From IMG/VR virus record IMGVR_UViG_3300035701_000003: a stretch of DNA of 64,000 bases, one strand, 5' to 3'. This document shows, one piece after another, positions 9,422 to 20,477 of the stretch (its first letter is position 1; each line of letters starts with the position of its first letter). Position numbers and translations under genes: made by a program. The notes under the pieces were generated by a model. The model saw only the letters and a list, made by a program, of their open reading frames with translations. It made no database searches and was not told the DNA's origin. The DNA is from a virus.

Positions 9422-11428
9422 TTGGCTATATTTTTAAGATGGAGAGATACACAGGACGGGACTTTCGATAGATTCCTAGTATCGATGTTCTCGTCTTTAT
9501 CTTCCCGGTATTATCCTACTAATATAATAGGTTCTGGGCTATACGATACTCTCTCTATGTATGCTAATGAATTCGAAGACTCTTATACTGAGATTCAGCA
9601 AACTTTTAATGATTTATCTATAGATACTGTACGAACTACTCCCGTTACTGATAGAAGTTCTGCCAAAATATATGATAACTTTGGAGCGTTATTTGATTCC
9701 TCTAAAAGGTATGATCAATATTATGATAGATTTTCTACTGGTTCTGTTGTTCAAAGTTACCGACAACAGTTAAGATTTCTAGCCCAAGCTTTTCTATCTG
9801 GTATTAGTGTAGAAGGATTTAAGAGGTTGGGGCAATCTTTTACGGGTACGTCTCCTTTAATAGAAGAACATATTAAAGCTAACCCGAGATGGATTTTAAC
9901 AGTTTATACAGGTTCTGTTTTAGAAGTAGGTCAAGGTTTCCTTATTTCTGATATTTATATTCCACGTATAGGAAATGTTATTCCTATAGTACCCCAAACT
10001 ACTGTATCCGGACCGTTTGAAACAACCCCGCCTTGGTCAGTAGGTGATAACTTTTCTTTATCTTTTTCACATTTAGGAAGTAACACTAAACTTTCCGGAG
10101 AACATTTATTCTACTCTACCGTACTTATTACTTACTTTAATCAGATCAATAGTGTTAGTTCCCAATCTATTCTGGGATTACATAATCAAATAGAATATCA
10201 ATCACTGAGAATTACCAGAGCAGACCAACAAATTAGAACCTCCTACAGCGATGTTTTTACTTATTATAGGCCATATGAAGCTTACACATATCCTTCTCAT
10301 GGGCTACCTCCTGTTTTACCATCTGGTTTTTCCCTTAATGCTTCTGGGTTTATATATAACAATACTAGATTACATCCCACAGGATCTGTAGTTTATACTC
10401 CAGTGTTAGATTTAGGTTCTAATTATGCTAATTACTCTTGGTATTACGATTGGTTAATTAATACTAGGGAATATGGAGATTATGATATAGAAGTACGACA
10501 ATACTCTACCAGTAGTATACCAGATGTTGCTTATTATGTTCCTATTGTTGATTCTGATCAAGCGCTTCCTCTTTTACTTCCAGACGATTTAACTAAAGAT
10601 GCTGTACATTGGATGAACGTAAGATCTGGTTCTATTTATGATATAAGAGGTAGATGCTATTTACCCGCAGTATCTATACCAGCGCATGAAGTTCGTTTAA
10701 CTAGAGATCCTCGCAGATACTGCTATCTTTACGATGGTTTAGCAACTTTTAGAAAAAATGAAGATAGTAGTCTTGATGTTAGTACTTCTATGTATGCTGA
10801 GATATGGCTTTTGGGATTAAGTAAAACTATAAGTTCCGTTACTAATACTTTTACGATTCGAAGAGATAAACCCCCTAACAATCTTTTCCAAATATTTTTA
10901 GATTCTTCTCGTAAAACTATAGGGTTACAATTAGTGAAAGATGGTTTTTCCGAGACAGTATCAGCGTCTATAGCTTCTCATTTGGATTTAGAAACTAAAA
11001 TGCCCCATTTATTCGCCTTATCCTTTGCTAGTGGTTCTGTATACTTTTATACCGATGGCCAATTAATTGGTTCTGGAAACTTTTCGAATTTTTTAGGTTT
11101 CCCCGATTTATCCCCCGCTACTCAAAGTATTATTATGAATGCTAACGGTATGGGTATTGACGAGATTTTAATATCACAAGGCTTTTTATCAGAAGAACAA
11201 GCTTATATAGATTTTATAAATACTAGACCCCGATATACTTATACAGGTATTCCTTCTGGAAGTGTTCAAAGATATCAACAAGCAAAATTTACTTTTTACG
11301 GTTATAATATAAGGGATGTGGAACTACATCAGTTCTCTGTGGTAGGAACTCAAGAGGAGCGAATATTCAAATATTTAAATCCTTATTTTAATTATCCTTA
11401 TATTTTACCAGTTTTTAAAAAATTATAA
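9422..11428 (+). CDS. Baseplate wedge subunit with a probable C-terminal LamG-like domain
   Basis: TTG start directly after baseplate J; YRQQLRFLAQAFLSG helix; C-terminal HLFALSF...YFYTDGQLIG...GIDEILIS. Confidence 0.55.
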   Translation: MAIFLRWRDTQDGTFDRFLVSMFSSLSSRYYPTNIIGSGLYDTLSMYANEFEDSYTEIQQTFNDLSIDTVRTTPVTDRSSAKIYDNFGALFDSSKRYDQYYDRFSTGSVVQSYRQQLRFLAQAFLSGISVEGFKRLGQSFTGTSPLIEEHIKANPRWILTVYTGSVLEVGQGFLISDIYIPRIGNVIPIVPQTTVSGPFETTPPWSVGDNFSLSFSHLGSNTKLSGEHLFYSTVLITYFNQINSVSSQSILGLHNQIEYQSLRITRADQQIRTSYSDVFTYYRPYEAYTYPSHGLPPVLPSGFSLNASGFIYNNTRLHPTGSVVYTPVLDLGSNYANYSWYYDWLINTREYGDYDIEVRQYSTSSIPDVAYYVPIVDSDQALPLLLPDDLTKDAVHWMNVRSGSIYDIRGRCYLPAVSIPAHEVRLTRDPRRYCYLYDGLATFRKNEDSSLDVSTSMYAEIWLLGLSKTISSVTNTFTIRRDKPPNNLFQIFLDSSRKTIGLQLVKDGFSETVSASIASHLDLETKMPHLFALSFASGSVYFYTDGQLIGSGNFSNFLGFPDLSPATQSIIMNANGMGIDEILISQGFLSEEQAYIDFINTRPRYTYTGIPSGSVQRYQQAKFTFYGYNIRDVELHQFSVVGTQEERIFKYLNPYFNYPYILPVFKKL

Positions 11429-11441
11429 TTAGAGGGTACCC

Positions 11442-13466
11442 ATGGAACGAAGTAATTTCTTTACCGACCAAGATGTTCTACAAGAAGATCTTAATAACCT
11501 AGAAACTACTAAGATACAACAATTAAAGTATCGTTCCCAATATATTTTAGGTAGATCTGGGAATATATATCACCAAAGCGACTCCACTGCTTCCGCCTCT
11601 GTAATAAGAGGTGGTATTTATTGGAACGTTGCTTCTTTTGGGGGGGAGTTGTCAATTGATAGTAGTTTCTTAGTGCAATATATATCTCCTACTTCTCTTC
11701 GAGTACTTACTGGGGCTGCTTTATCCCCTGGTGGGGAGTTTATGTTAAATCCTTCCAATATTACTATGAATAAAGGAAGTAGCGGTTCTAACTATAATTG
11801 GATGACCACAGTTGCAGTACCAGCTCCCTGGTATGTGAAATTATATTATAATGAGGCGTCTGGTTCTATAAAAGCTGACGATTTAGGAGTATCTTATCCT
11901 ACTAGATACACAGACGATTTTATAGTAGCTGTAAATCTTACACCACCTTCCGCCGATGAGATATTATTAGCTTCTTTTGTGGGCAGTTCTATTGGAGATA
12001 TTACCACGGGAAGTCTTAAAGATGAAAGATCTTATGTAAGAATAATAACATCAGCTAATGCTGTTTTATTAGATCCCTCTACCGTACCTGTAGCTGCTTT
12101 TAACACTGTTCAAGATCACGTGGAGGCAGTTGGTTCAGGTACTCCAACTCAAACTAATCCTCATGGACTCACAGGTAACGATATTGGGTTAACTGATACT
12201 ACCGGCCCTCATAGAAAAGAGGCGCATATTCCAGGAATTATAGATATTACGGGAGAATACCCCGATACGGCACCTTTTAAGAATTCCTATTTAGGGGTTC
12301 CGTACGATATGGGAGCTGTAGCTGGAATTGCCTGGACCGCTCCTCATGCTAGCGCTTCTATAATGGTAAAAGGTGCTATTTATCATCCTACCCTTGATAC
12401 AGTTGTTTTTACAACACATCCTGATATAGTGGCAGGTGGTTACCCCAACACCTATTATTTCTACTACGAAGGTAGCGGGAGTGCCGTACGTGCTACTATA
12501 GATGCTATACCTCCTTATGAGAATAATTATAGAACAGGTGATAAATTTATTTTATGTAGGGCTTATGTTTTTGAAGGTGGTTCTTCTTACAGTAACTTTT
12601 TAGATCTTCGTAAATTTTATAGTATAAGTCAAGTTAATATAAGAGCGGAGGGGGGCCCCGAGACGGCTGCTTGGTTATCTTTAGATGAGTTGTCTACTCT
12701 TTGGGATAATTTGTGTAGAATAAGATATCAACTTGGAAAAGCTCTTAATGGTTCTGATTGGGCGGGGGATAACCCCTTAACCAGTGGCGTTGGCAGTAAC
12801 GCTACTGCTTATCACGAGCATAGGAGTATACAAGCAGGCCAATTTATTATTAATGAGGGGTTGGGTCTTGCTAATCCACATCTTGGTATAAGACGTAATA
12901 CTGGTCAACTTGATGGTTTAATGTATCATGTTTCTGCCGGTAGAGCTTATATACTTAAAGGATATACAGGAGGGTCTGTTCCTACTAATTCGCAGGTTGC
13001 TGATTTAGTAGTGGGTAGTCTTTACGTTCAAAGTAATCAACTTACTACCGGCCATGTAGCTGCTATGCCTACTCTTACCGGCGGTCCTACTTCCAACGCG
13101 GATGCCTATCATACTCATAGTACAGCTAGATATCCTAGTACTGGTTCAGTTGTTGCATATACAAATAATAGAGCTAGAAGAAATGAGGCTAATAGTCCTA
13201 TGTATCTATCTACTTGGGTATTTGATGGGGCTGCTGGTGGGGATGACTTTATTCTATATATCTCTCCCACTTCGGGTTCTTTAGCTAGTAATGCGACGCA
13301 GCGCGTATATGTAGAGGCTACCGGACTTTATAATTCTATGTTTGGAGTGGTACCGCCTTACTGGTTTTATAAGATATTCTATGCTGGTACTGTAGGCACG
13401 CTAAAAGTTTATGAGTATCCTGCTAATGGCATCGATGCGGAAGGAAGTACAGCAATACCCGATTGA
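11442..13466 (+). CDS. Baseplate-attached tail fibre or spike-like protein
   Basis: MERSNFFTDQDV...EDLNNL start typical of post-wedge proteins; DHVEA...TNPHGLT and HxH motifs (YHEH, YHTH). Confidence 0.5.
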   Translation: MERSNFFTDQDVLQEDLNNLETTKIQQLKYRSQYILGRSGNIYHQSDSTASASVIRGGIYWNVASFGGELSIDSSFLVQYISPTSLRVLTGAALSPGGEFMLNPSNITMNKGSSGSNYNWMTTVAVPAPWYVKLYYNEASGSIKADDLGVSYPTRYTDDFIVAVNLTPPSADEILLASFVGSSIGDITTGSLKDERSYVRIITSANAVLLDPSTVPVAAFNTVQDHVEAVGSGTPTQTNPHGLTGNDIGLTDTTGPHRKEAHIPGIIDITGEYPDTAPFKNSYLGVPYDMGAVAGIAWTAPHASASIMVKGAIYHPTLDTVVFTTHPDIVAGGYPNTYYFYYEGSGSAVRATIDAIPPYENNYRTGDKFILCRAYVFEGGSSYSNFLDLRKFYSISQVNIRAEGGPETAAWLSLDELSTLWDNLCRIRYQLGKALNGSDWAGDNPLTSGVGSNATAYHEHRSIQAGQFIINEGLGLANPHLGIRRNTGQLDGLMYHVSAGRAYILKGYTGGSVPTNSQVADLVVGSLYVQSNQLTTGHVAAMPTLTGGPTSNADAYHTHSTARYPSTGSVVAYTNNRARRNEANSPMYLSTWVFDGAAGGDDFILYISPTSGSLASNATQRVYVEATGLYNSMFGVVPPYWFYKIFYAGTVGTLKVYEYPANGIDAEGSTAIPD

Positions 13467-13501
13467 TAGATTATATATTTATACGTGTATAATAAGAGTA
13501 T

Positions 13502-13705
13502 ATGGAATTACTCGATCAAATAGCTTTTATTATTGAAAATAGAGGGTGGAAAAACTGTCATCTCATAGACTTTGTAGTTCAATCTGCTCGAAAGAGAAAA
13601 CTACAAGGAACTTATGTTGATGAGGGCATGCTTAAGAAGTTAGAAATACAAATGAAAAAGGCACAAGCGCTTAATAATCCTCCAAAGGGCGTTTTGAAAT
13701 ATTGA
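13502..13705 (+). CDS. Hypothetical protein
   Basis: 67-aa ORF; TATAAT at 13488-13493 upstream. Confidence 0.5.
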   Translation: MELLDQIAFIIENRGWKNCHLIDFVVQSARKRKLQGTYVDEGMLKKLEIQMKKAQALNNPPKGVLKY

Positions 13706-13730
13706 CTTTTATAGAAATTGTGTATATTAT
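13702..13730 (+). promoter_or_regulatory. Sigma70-type promoter upstream of the glycosylation island
   Basis: TTGACT (13702-13707), 17-nt spacer, TATTAT (13725-13730). Confidence 0.6.
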
Positions 13731-13799
13731 ACTTACTTGAGATATATCATCTGCTTACCGAAATTTCTTACATAATTATTTAAATGATTCGAGGTTCGA

Positions 13800-15065
13800 A
13801 TGGGTAAAATTAAAGTTTTAATGATTTCCGACGATATTCGAGATTATACTGGTGTTGGAATTCAATCTAACAAATTACTTACAGGACTTGCTAAGAATAA
13901 AGATTTTGAAGTAATACAAATGGGAGTATCTCCTATTATTTTTGCTTCTAATCCAAATCCTGTAAACGTAGATGGTGTAAAAGTATTTCCTACTAGAAGT
14001 TATGCAGATATGAATTTATTCCGTTATCTGCTAAGTAATGAACGCCCTGACGTAGTTATTCCTTTCTCCGACCCTAGATTTTTTATACCTCTTTTTTCTA
14101 TGGATGACGATATAAGGAAGAAAGCGTGGTTAGTTTTTTATCATCTTTGGGATAATTATCCTTTTCCACGTTTTAATACTCCTTGGTATAAGGCCTGCGA
14201 TGAATTGGTTTTAATATCTAAGTTTGCTTATGATATGTATGCCGAAAATGGATGGAATTGCCATTTTATTCCTCACGGTTATGATGATAAAGAATTCTAT
14301 CGTACTCCCGAAGCTAATTATATAACAACCAAAAATGATATCTTAAAACAGTTAAATAGAGACGATATTGATTTTATAATATTTTGGAATAATAAAAATT
14401 TACATAGAAAGAGGGGAGCTGATATTATAACAACCTTCCATTCTTTTTATAAAGAACATCCAAAATCTGTTTTAATAATGCATACCGAACCTACCTTCCC
14501 TGACGGTTTCGATTTGATTAGTATTAATGATGATTTGACTACTATTAAAGAGATACCAGTAATTTTTAGTATCCATAAGGATAAATCTCTTATGTTAAAT
14601 AACTTATATAATATGTCGGATGTTTCTATTAACTTTTCTTATAATGAGGGTTTCGGGTTAAGCGTTGGGGAATCCTTACTAGCAGAAACTCCTGTTATAG
14701 CGACAGCTACTGGTGGTATGATTGAACAGTTAACTACCAAACAAGGTGTTGCCGGTAAGTTATTAGATCCGCTTATAAAAACCCTCTTTGGAGTACCTGG
14801 AAATTCCTATGTTTACCAAGATTTCGCTTCTAACAATGCCTTATTATTAGCACTGAACGAATCCTACGAAAATCGCCAGTTATGGAGGGATAAAGGAAGA
14901 ATAGGAAGGGAACATATCCAAGAAAATTACCATATTAACGGAACTATTGATAAATGGGCTTCTTTTCTAAAAAATCTAGTTGGGAAAGAACGTACTTACA
15001 AACCTTGGCAATTATTTTCAATACCATCTAGTTTAAAGGAGGTAGACTTCCATGTTAAAGCATAA
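13800..15065 (+). CDS. Glycosyltransferase, GT4 family
   Basis: KIKVLMISDD...TGVG; NNKNLHRKR; YNMSDVSINFSYNEGFGLSVGESLLAETPVIATATGG. Confidence 0.85.
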   Translation: MGKIKVLMISDDIRDYTGVGIQSNKLLTGLAKNKDFEVIQMGVSPIIFASNPNPVNVDGVKVFPTRSYADMNLFRYLLSNERPDVVIPFSDPRFFIPLFSMDDDIRKKAWLVFYHLWDNYPFPRFNTPWYKACDELVLISKFAYDMYAENGWNCHFIPHGYDDKEFYRTPEANYITTKNDILKQLNRDDIDFIIFWNNKNLHRKRGADIITTFHSFYKEHPKSVLIMHTEPTFPDGFDLISINDDLTTIKEIPVIFSIHKDKSLMLNNLYNMSDVSINFSYNEGFGLSVGESLLAETPVIATATGGMIEQLTTKQGVAGKLLDPLIKTLFGVPGNSYVYQDFASNNALLLALNESYENRQLWRDKGRIGREHIQENYHINGTIDKWASFLKNLVGKERTYKPWQLFSIPSSLKEVDFHVKA

Positions 15066-16257
15066 TCTTGTAATTAGAGCACCTTTATATTCCAGAAGTG
15101 GTTACGGGGGACACGCGCGCGATTTACTCAAGGCTCTTTGGGACTCTAATCAATTTAATCTATTTGCTATTCCTACTCAATGGGGGGCTACTTCACTTAC
15201 TAGTAACTTATCCCCAGAGATGCTTGATATATTATCTTTTTGTATACGTAACTCTATAGAGGTAAAAGACTCTATTTTTATGCATATAGGGATTCCCAAT
15301 GAATTTGAAAAATTAGGGAAGTACAATATAGGAGTTACCGCTGGTTTAGAAACTGAAACTATTTCTGAGGAATGGGTAAAAGGATGCAATCTTATGGATT
15401 TAGTAGTCGTACCTTCTACTTTTATGGAAAGAGTCTTTAGAAGTTCTGGAGTAAGAGGAGATATATTAGTTTGTCCTGAAGGAGTAAATACCGATATCTT
15501 TAATAAAGCAGCGCCTCCTTTAGAACTTCCTCAAGTGGCTACTCCTTTTAACTTCCTTAGTGTCGGTCAGTGGATACATTACGATATACATCAGGATAGA
15601 AAGCAAATAGGGTATCTTATAAAACAGTTTGTTGAAATTTTTAGATATACTACTGATGTTGGTTTAATAATAAAAACTTTTACTTTTAATACAGCTACCC
15701 CCGATTCTTATTTTACCTTAAGAAGATTTAAGGATACTATCGGGGACGATTTAGAAGGAGTTCCTCCAATATATTTCTTACATGGTGATATGACTGATAA
15801 TGAATTAGCTGGGTTATATACTAATCCTTTAGTTAAAGGTTTTGTGACCCTTACCAGTGGAGAAGGGTGGGGAAGATCTTTAGCAGAAGCGGCCGCTTGT
15901 GGAGTACCCATAATAGCCCCTGATTGGTCTAGTTACTTAGATTTCTTAAATCCCGAAGTAGCTACTTTATTACCCGTCAAGTTAGTTGAAATTCCTTATA
16001 CAGTAGTAGCTGGTTATAGAGGTATGTTTCCGAGAGGGGCACGTTGGGCACAAGTACATCCGGATACTGTAAGTAAAGCCCTTAAGAAATTTTATCATGA
16101 CCACTCTGATTGTAAACAAAAAGCTCTTGATTATGTACCTTTATTTACAGAAAGATTTTCATTTAAGAATTCTTATATGTCTTTAGTACAAAAGTTAATA
16201 TTAATTAGTCCTGGAGCTATTAATAAACCAAGTAACTTAAGAATAATAAAAACATGA
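15052..16257 (+). CDS. Glycosyltransferase, GT4 family
   Basis: SGYGGHAR; FNFLSVGQW...DRK; TSGEGWGRSLAEAAACGVPIIAPDWSS. Confidence 0.85.
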   Translation: MLKHNLVIRAPLYSRSGYGGHARDLLKALWDSNQFNLFAIPTQWGATSLTSNLSPEMLDILSFCIRNSIEVKDSIFMHIGIPNEFEKLGKYNIGVTAGLETETISEEWVKGCNLMDLVVVPSTFMERVFRSSGVRGDILVCPEGVNTDIFNKAAPPLELPQVATPFNFLSVGQWIHYDIHQDRKQIGYLIKQFVEIFRYTTDVGLIIKTFTFNTATPDSYFTLRRFKDTIGDDLEGVPPIYFLHGDMTDNELAGLYTNPLVKGFVTLTSGEGWGRSLAEAAACGVPIIAPDWSSYLDFLNPEVATLLPVKLVEIPYTVVAGYRGMFPRGARWAQVHPDTVSKALKKFYHDHSDCKQKALDYVPLFTERFSFKNSYMSLVQKLILISPGAINKPSNLRIIKT

Positions 16258-16523
16258 TACCCAATTATAAAACCTTACGCTGCAGCGGGACTATTTTAAA
16301 AGATAATTCTAAGGAAATAGTCAAAAAATGGACCTTTGTTCCTACTGATGATATTACCGTTAAAGAATTATCTTTATTGTTACCTTTTCTTCTTACTTCT
16401 GGAAGACCCGGTTTAATACTTTCTGATTTGGAATATTTTGAAAACACTAACTTACTAAGACACTTTATTATTGAAGACGTTTCTAATATATTACAGGTCA
16501 CTCCTAACATTACTATAAACTAA
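16254..16523 (+). CDS. Hypothetical protein
   Basis: 89-aa ORF with ATGA overlap to the upstream gene. Confidence 0.5.
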   Translation: MIPNYKTLRCSGTILKDNSKEIVKKWTFVPTDDITVKELSLLLPFLLTSGRPGLILSDLEYFENTNLLRHFIIEDVSNILQVTPNITIN

Positions 16524-16536
16524 TTAAATAAATTAT

Positions 16537-18447
16537 ATGCCTCTACATACACTGTCTATTATTGTTCCTTTACATAATCAAAGTATCTTTACCAAAAAAT
16601 TTATAGTCTCTGTTTTAGCGCAAGAAACTTCCTTCTATGAATACGTAGTGGTAGTTTTTATAGATAATAACTCTACCGATGATACTCCTACTTTTCTAAA
16701 GAACGTACCCGATACGAATAATATTGAATTTAATTGCATAACTAATGACGAAAATTTAGGTTTTGCAAAGGCTGTGAATCAAGGGATTAAATTTTCTTTA
16801 GAAAACTATCCCGAATGTGATATATTAGTTACTAATAATGATATAGAGTTTTTATCCGGATGCTGGGATGCTTTAGCTACTACTGCTTACAAAGATCCTA
16901 CTCGCGGTATTGTGGGAGGTAAATTATTATTTTCCGATGGTAGGATACAGCACGGCGGAGCGTGGTTGAATGTTTTAGGCTGGGGTCAGCATAAAGGAGG
17001 AGGAACTCCTTCTGATACTAAAGGGATATGTGATAAAGAAGAAGAACAGGAATATGTTACAGGAGCTTTATTTTTTATTAAAAATGAATTAATACTTAAG
17101 TTAAAAGGTTTTGACGAACAATTTTCGCCAGCTTTCTTCGAGGAAACTGATTTTGTGTACTCAGCCCGTCAATTAGGTTACAAAACCATTTATACCCCCG
17201 ATGCTAGAGCTATTCACTATGAAAACACTACTGGTAAAGCTCTTCATAAAGATCCTATGACATTAAAGATTACTTTAAGTGATGCTAATCAAGTTAAATT
17301 TTACCAGAAATGGCCTGGTCCTCTTACTTTTCCAGAAGATAAAGATAGGGAACATAAAATACTTTTACAGGGTAAAATTTATGGCGACTGGTCTTTCACT
17401 AATACCTTAAAGAAACTTGCCTTGGGTTTGGACAAAGCCGGAGTAGACGTATCTATAGCGCCTGATGAATATCATAACGTTTTGGATATGCCTGATTGGA
17501 AAATAAAAAAGATGATTCTAAAACCTAATGATTATTGGAATAGGGTAGTTTTAAGGCACAGTGAAGGGGATCATATGTATGTTGCAGGACCTGGTAAAAA
17601 AAGAATAGGTTATGTAGCTTTAGAGAATAGTATATTAAATTCCTTGTGGAAAGATCAACTTAACCATTTAGATTTAGTATTATGCGTATCTTCTTTCGTT
17701 CAAAATATATTAAAAGAAGGGGGGGTTACTACCCCTACAGAAATTCTTACTAATTGTGTCGATATTTCTTCTTTTCATCCAGATATAGAACCTTATCCTT
17801 TAGGTTATGATTTAGCCGGTTTTTGTTTTTATTCTATATTTAGTTTTGGGGAAAGAAAAGGACCCGATATTCTTCTAAAGGCTTTCTGCCAGGAATTTTC
17901 AAGAAAGGATGATGTGTGTCTGTTTATACATAGTTTATCTATGTTGCAAAATTTAAGTCAGAAAAAAGTATCCCTAAACGATTGGTTGGATTCTTTTGCA
18001 CCTTCTCAAAATAGAGCTCCTATTTTTGTTACAGGTAACTATATATATGATGCTTTTTTACCCGCTATAATAAATAATTTCGATATATTTGTATTACCTA
18101 CTAGAGCCGAGGGGTTTGGTTTACCTATATTGGAAGCAGGCGCTTGTAAGATTCCTTCTATAGTTACTGGTTATAGTGGAGTATTAGAATTTGCAGACCC
18201 TAGTAACTCCTGGTTGATTGATTATGAATTGAAAGATATTCCTTTACAATACTTGACTTATTTTAAAAACTATATTGGAGGAAAGTGGGCTGAACCTAAT
18301 GTGGAACATTTAAGATCTTTAATGAGGTACTCTTATGAACATAGAGATAAGGTGAAACAAAAAGGTGAGAATGCTTATAAAAAAGCCCAGTTATTTTCTG
18401 TAGAAAATAACGGTAAACGCGCAAAAGAAATAATTTTTGAAAGGTGA
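16537..18447 (+). CDS. GT2 + GT4 bifunctional glycosyltransferase
   Basis: LSIIVPLHN...IDNNSTD...NLGFAKAVNQG...NNDI (GT2); RKGPDILLKAF...PTRAEGFGLPILEAGAC (GT4). Confidence 0.9.
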   Translation: MPLHTLSIIVPLHNQSIFTKKFIVSVLAQETSFYEYVVVVFIDNNSTDDTPTFLKNVPDTNNIEFNCITNDENLGFAKAVNQGIKFSLENYPECDILVTNNDIEFLSGCWDALATTAYKDPTRGIVGGKLLFSDGRIQHGGAWLNVLGWGQHKGGGTPSDTKGICDKEEEQEYVTGALFFIKNELILKLKGFDEQFSPAFFEETDFVYSARQLGYKTIYTPDARAIHYENTTGKALHKDPMTLKITLSDANQVKFYQKWPGPLTFPEDKDREHKILLQGKIYGDWSFTNTLKKLALGLDKAGVDVSIAPDEYHNVLDMPDWKIKKMILKPNDYWNRVVLRHSEGDHMYVAGPGKKRIGYVALENSILNSLWKDQLNHLDLVLCVSSFVQNILKEGGVTTPTEILTNCVDISSFHPDIEPYPLGYDLAGFCFYSIFSFGERKGPDILLKAFCQEFSRKDDVCLFIHSLSMLQNLSQKKVSLNDWLDSFAPSQNRAPIFVTGNYIYDAFLPAIINNFDIFVLPTRAEGFGLPILEAGACKIPSIVTGYSGVLEFADPSNSWLIDYELKDIPLQYLTYFKNYIGGKWAEPNVEHLRSLMRYSYEHRDKVKQKGENAYKKAQLFSVENNGKRAKEIIFER

Positions 18448-19028
18448 CTATTATGAAAGTAACTAAATTATTTGAAATAACCTTTGATGAACCAGATCCT
18501 GATTGGCTTTGTGCCGATAATTTAAATATTGTTTTGAAAGATGCATTAGAACCTCTTACCTTTGAAATAAGAGAACTTACTAATAGAGAACAATATTTGG
18601 AAAAGTTTAATATAGGTTCTGTTTTTGATCTTCGGTCTGAAGAAATTACAGTAGAAGAAATAGGTTTAGATACCGGGATAGAAGAAAAGGAGGAAAAACT
18701 AACAGAAACTCCTATTATTCATAAACCTTTAATAAACGTGGCTGAGAAAAACGCGGTTTTACGCGCTGCTAAAGGTTCTGGGGAATCTATTTCTTCTAAA
18801 ATAAAATCAGTTATAAAAGGGGCTACCGATGTTAAGGATGTTCAAGATCTTTCTTCTGGGGAAGATATTATAGATCCTAAAAAATTAGTCGCTCATATAG
18901 CACCAGGTCCCTCCGGAAAAATTTGTGAAAAGCCTAAACGGCATAAAGAAAAGATACCCGGAGGTGGCGCTATTGAATTTTGTACTACTTGTGGTTTTCA
19001 ATACGTGGATACAGATTTACTGGAGTAA
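18444..19028 (+). CDS. Hypothetical protein with a C-terminal Cys/His cluster
   Basis: Acidic ORF ending C..K..H...FCTTCG; the true start may be ATG 18453. Confidence 0.5.
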   Translation: MTIMKVTKLFEITFDEPDPDWLCADNLNIVLKDALEPLTFEIRELTNREQYLEKFNIGSVFDLRSEEITVEEIGLDTGIEEKEEKLTETPIIHKPLINVAEKNAVLRAAKGSGESISSKIKSVIKGATDVKDVQDLSSGEDIIDPKKLVAHIAPGPSGKICEKPKRHKEKIPGGGAIEFCTTCGFQYVDTDLLE

Positions 19029-19033
19029 GGGAA

Positions 19034-19975
19034 ATGCCTAATTCTATAATAGTACATGCGGTACCCGTTAATAAAGATGTATGTGGAGGCATTAAGGTTC
19101 ATTATCAAATGTCCATGATAGAAAAAGAATTGGGATATTCTTCTTTTATTGTTTATAAGGAAGATGAGGTTCCTTCTATTAAATGGTTTGAACACAGCTG
19201 TAATGAATACTCCTTACAACATTTTAAGAGTTATTTAGAGAAAGAAGAGAAAGAAGTTTTTCTTTTAATAGGATGGGAAGACCCATCTTCTCTATATATT
19301 TTACCCGCCAAGAATAAGGTAGCTTACATTCAAGGACACGTTTTCTTCAGAGAAAATGCCGCCTATAGTAATGCTAAGTTGTGGTATAACAGTGAATTTG
19401 TGATGAGAACTTGTAAATATAAAGGGGAAGTCGTCCGCCCTTATTTAGCTTCTTATTTTTTTAATACCGATAGAGACGCTTGGAGTTATAATAAAGATAA
19501 ATATATTTTACTAGTACAAGAACGAAAAGACGGAAGAAAGGAATGGGAAAAAGTAGCTCGACAACTATCTAAAGAGGTTTTAGAGAAATTAGATGTTATA
19601 ATATGGCCGAATTCTAACGAGAAAGAATTTAGGGATGCCTTGGCGAGAGCCGACATATTTTTTACTCATTCTTTTCCCGAAGGGTTTGGGCTACCACCAT
19701 TAGAGGCCATGGCCTTAGGCGCTCTTGTAGTGGGATATACTGGTGGTGGCGGAGAAGATTTTATGAGAGACCGTGAGAATTGTTTTATAGCAAAAGATGG
19801 CGTTAACTGCGAAGTAGCAGAACATATAACAAATATAGTATTGCATAACTATCTTTTTTTACCAAGTGTAATAGCTAATGCCCATGAAACTTCTTCTTTC
19901 TATAGTAAAGAGGCGACCCTAAATATATTACGAAAAATACTTAAGGAATATGAAAATGGAAGTGAAACAGTTTAA
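19034..19975 (+). CDS. Glycosyltransferase, GT4-like
   Basis: CGGIKVHY; ARADIFFTHSFPEGFGLPPLEAMALGALVVGYTGGGG; start moved to ATG 19034 after AAGGG. Confidence 0.85.
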   Translation: MPNSIIVHAVPVNKDVCGGIKVHYQMSMIEKELGYSSFIVYKEDEVPSIKWFEHSCNEYSLQHFKSYLEKEEKEVFLLIGWEDPSSLYILPAKNKVAYIQGHVFFRENAAYSNAKLWYNSEFVMRTCKYKGEVVRPYLASYFFNTDRDAWSYNKDKYILLVQERKDGRKEWEKVARQLSKEVLEKLDVIIWPNSNEKEFRDALARADIFFTHSFPEGFGLPPLEAMALGALVVGYTGGGGEDFMRDRENCFIAKDGVNCEVAEHITNIVLHNYLFLPSVIANAHETSSFYSKEATLNILRKILKEYENGSETV

Positions 19976-20477
19976 AGACAGCGAAGAAGGTCCTAAAGGT
20001 ATAACAGAACAAACTACAGAAGGCGTAACTGGTTCTACAAGTATACAAGGACATCTGCTAATTATAGATAGTGTTAAAGAAAAGTTTTGTCCAAAATGTG
20101 GTAATTATTACCGTGATGATTTTATGATTATGTGCCCTCATTGTAATATGTCTTTGAACTTTACCGAGAGTTATAAAGTAGAAAGACAATGTTCAAAGTG
20201 TGACTATGTTGTACAAGCCCCCCCTTCCTATTTTATAAAAGATCCTACCCTTTCTATTTGTCCTTATTGTAAAGAAGGTCGCTTGGAAGTAAAAGAAATA
20301 TACAGAGAAGCTCCTAGTTTTTCTATAGATGGGAAATTTAATGGAGCTAAACGCGGAAAAATGATAAGGGAAAAGAACGAGCAATTAAAAAAGAAACACG
20401 CGGGGTACTCTTACGAAACTCCTAAATCAATAAGTGAGAGAACCCTTGAAAAATATAAAAAAAGAAAAGAACAATGA
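19950..20477 (+). CDS. Double zinc-ribbon protein (FmdB-like C-terminal half)
   Basis: CPKC, CPHC, CSKC and CPYC pairs; YKVERQCSKC...CPYCKEGRLE. Confidence 0.6.
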   Translation: MKMEVKQFKDSEEGPKGITEQTTEGVTGSTSIQGHLLIIDSVKEKFCPKCGNYYRDDFMIMCPHCNMSLNFTESYKVERQCSKCDYVVQAPPSYFIKDPTLSICPYCKEGRLEVKEIYREAPSFSIDGKFNGAKRGKMIREKNEQLKKKHAGYSYETPKSISERTLEKYKKRKEQ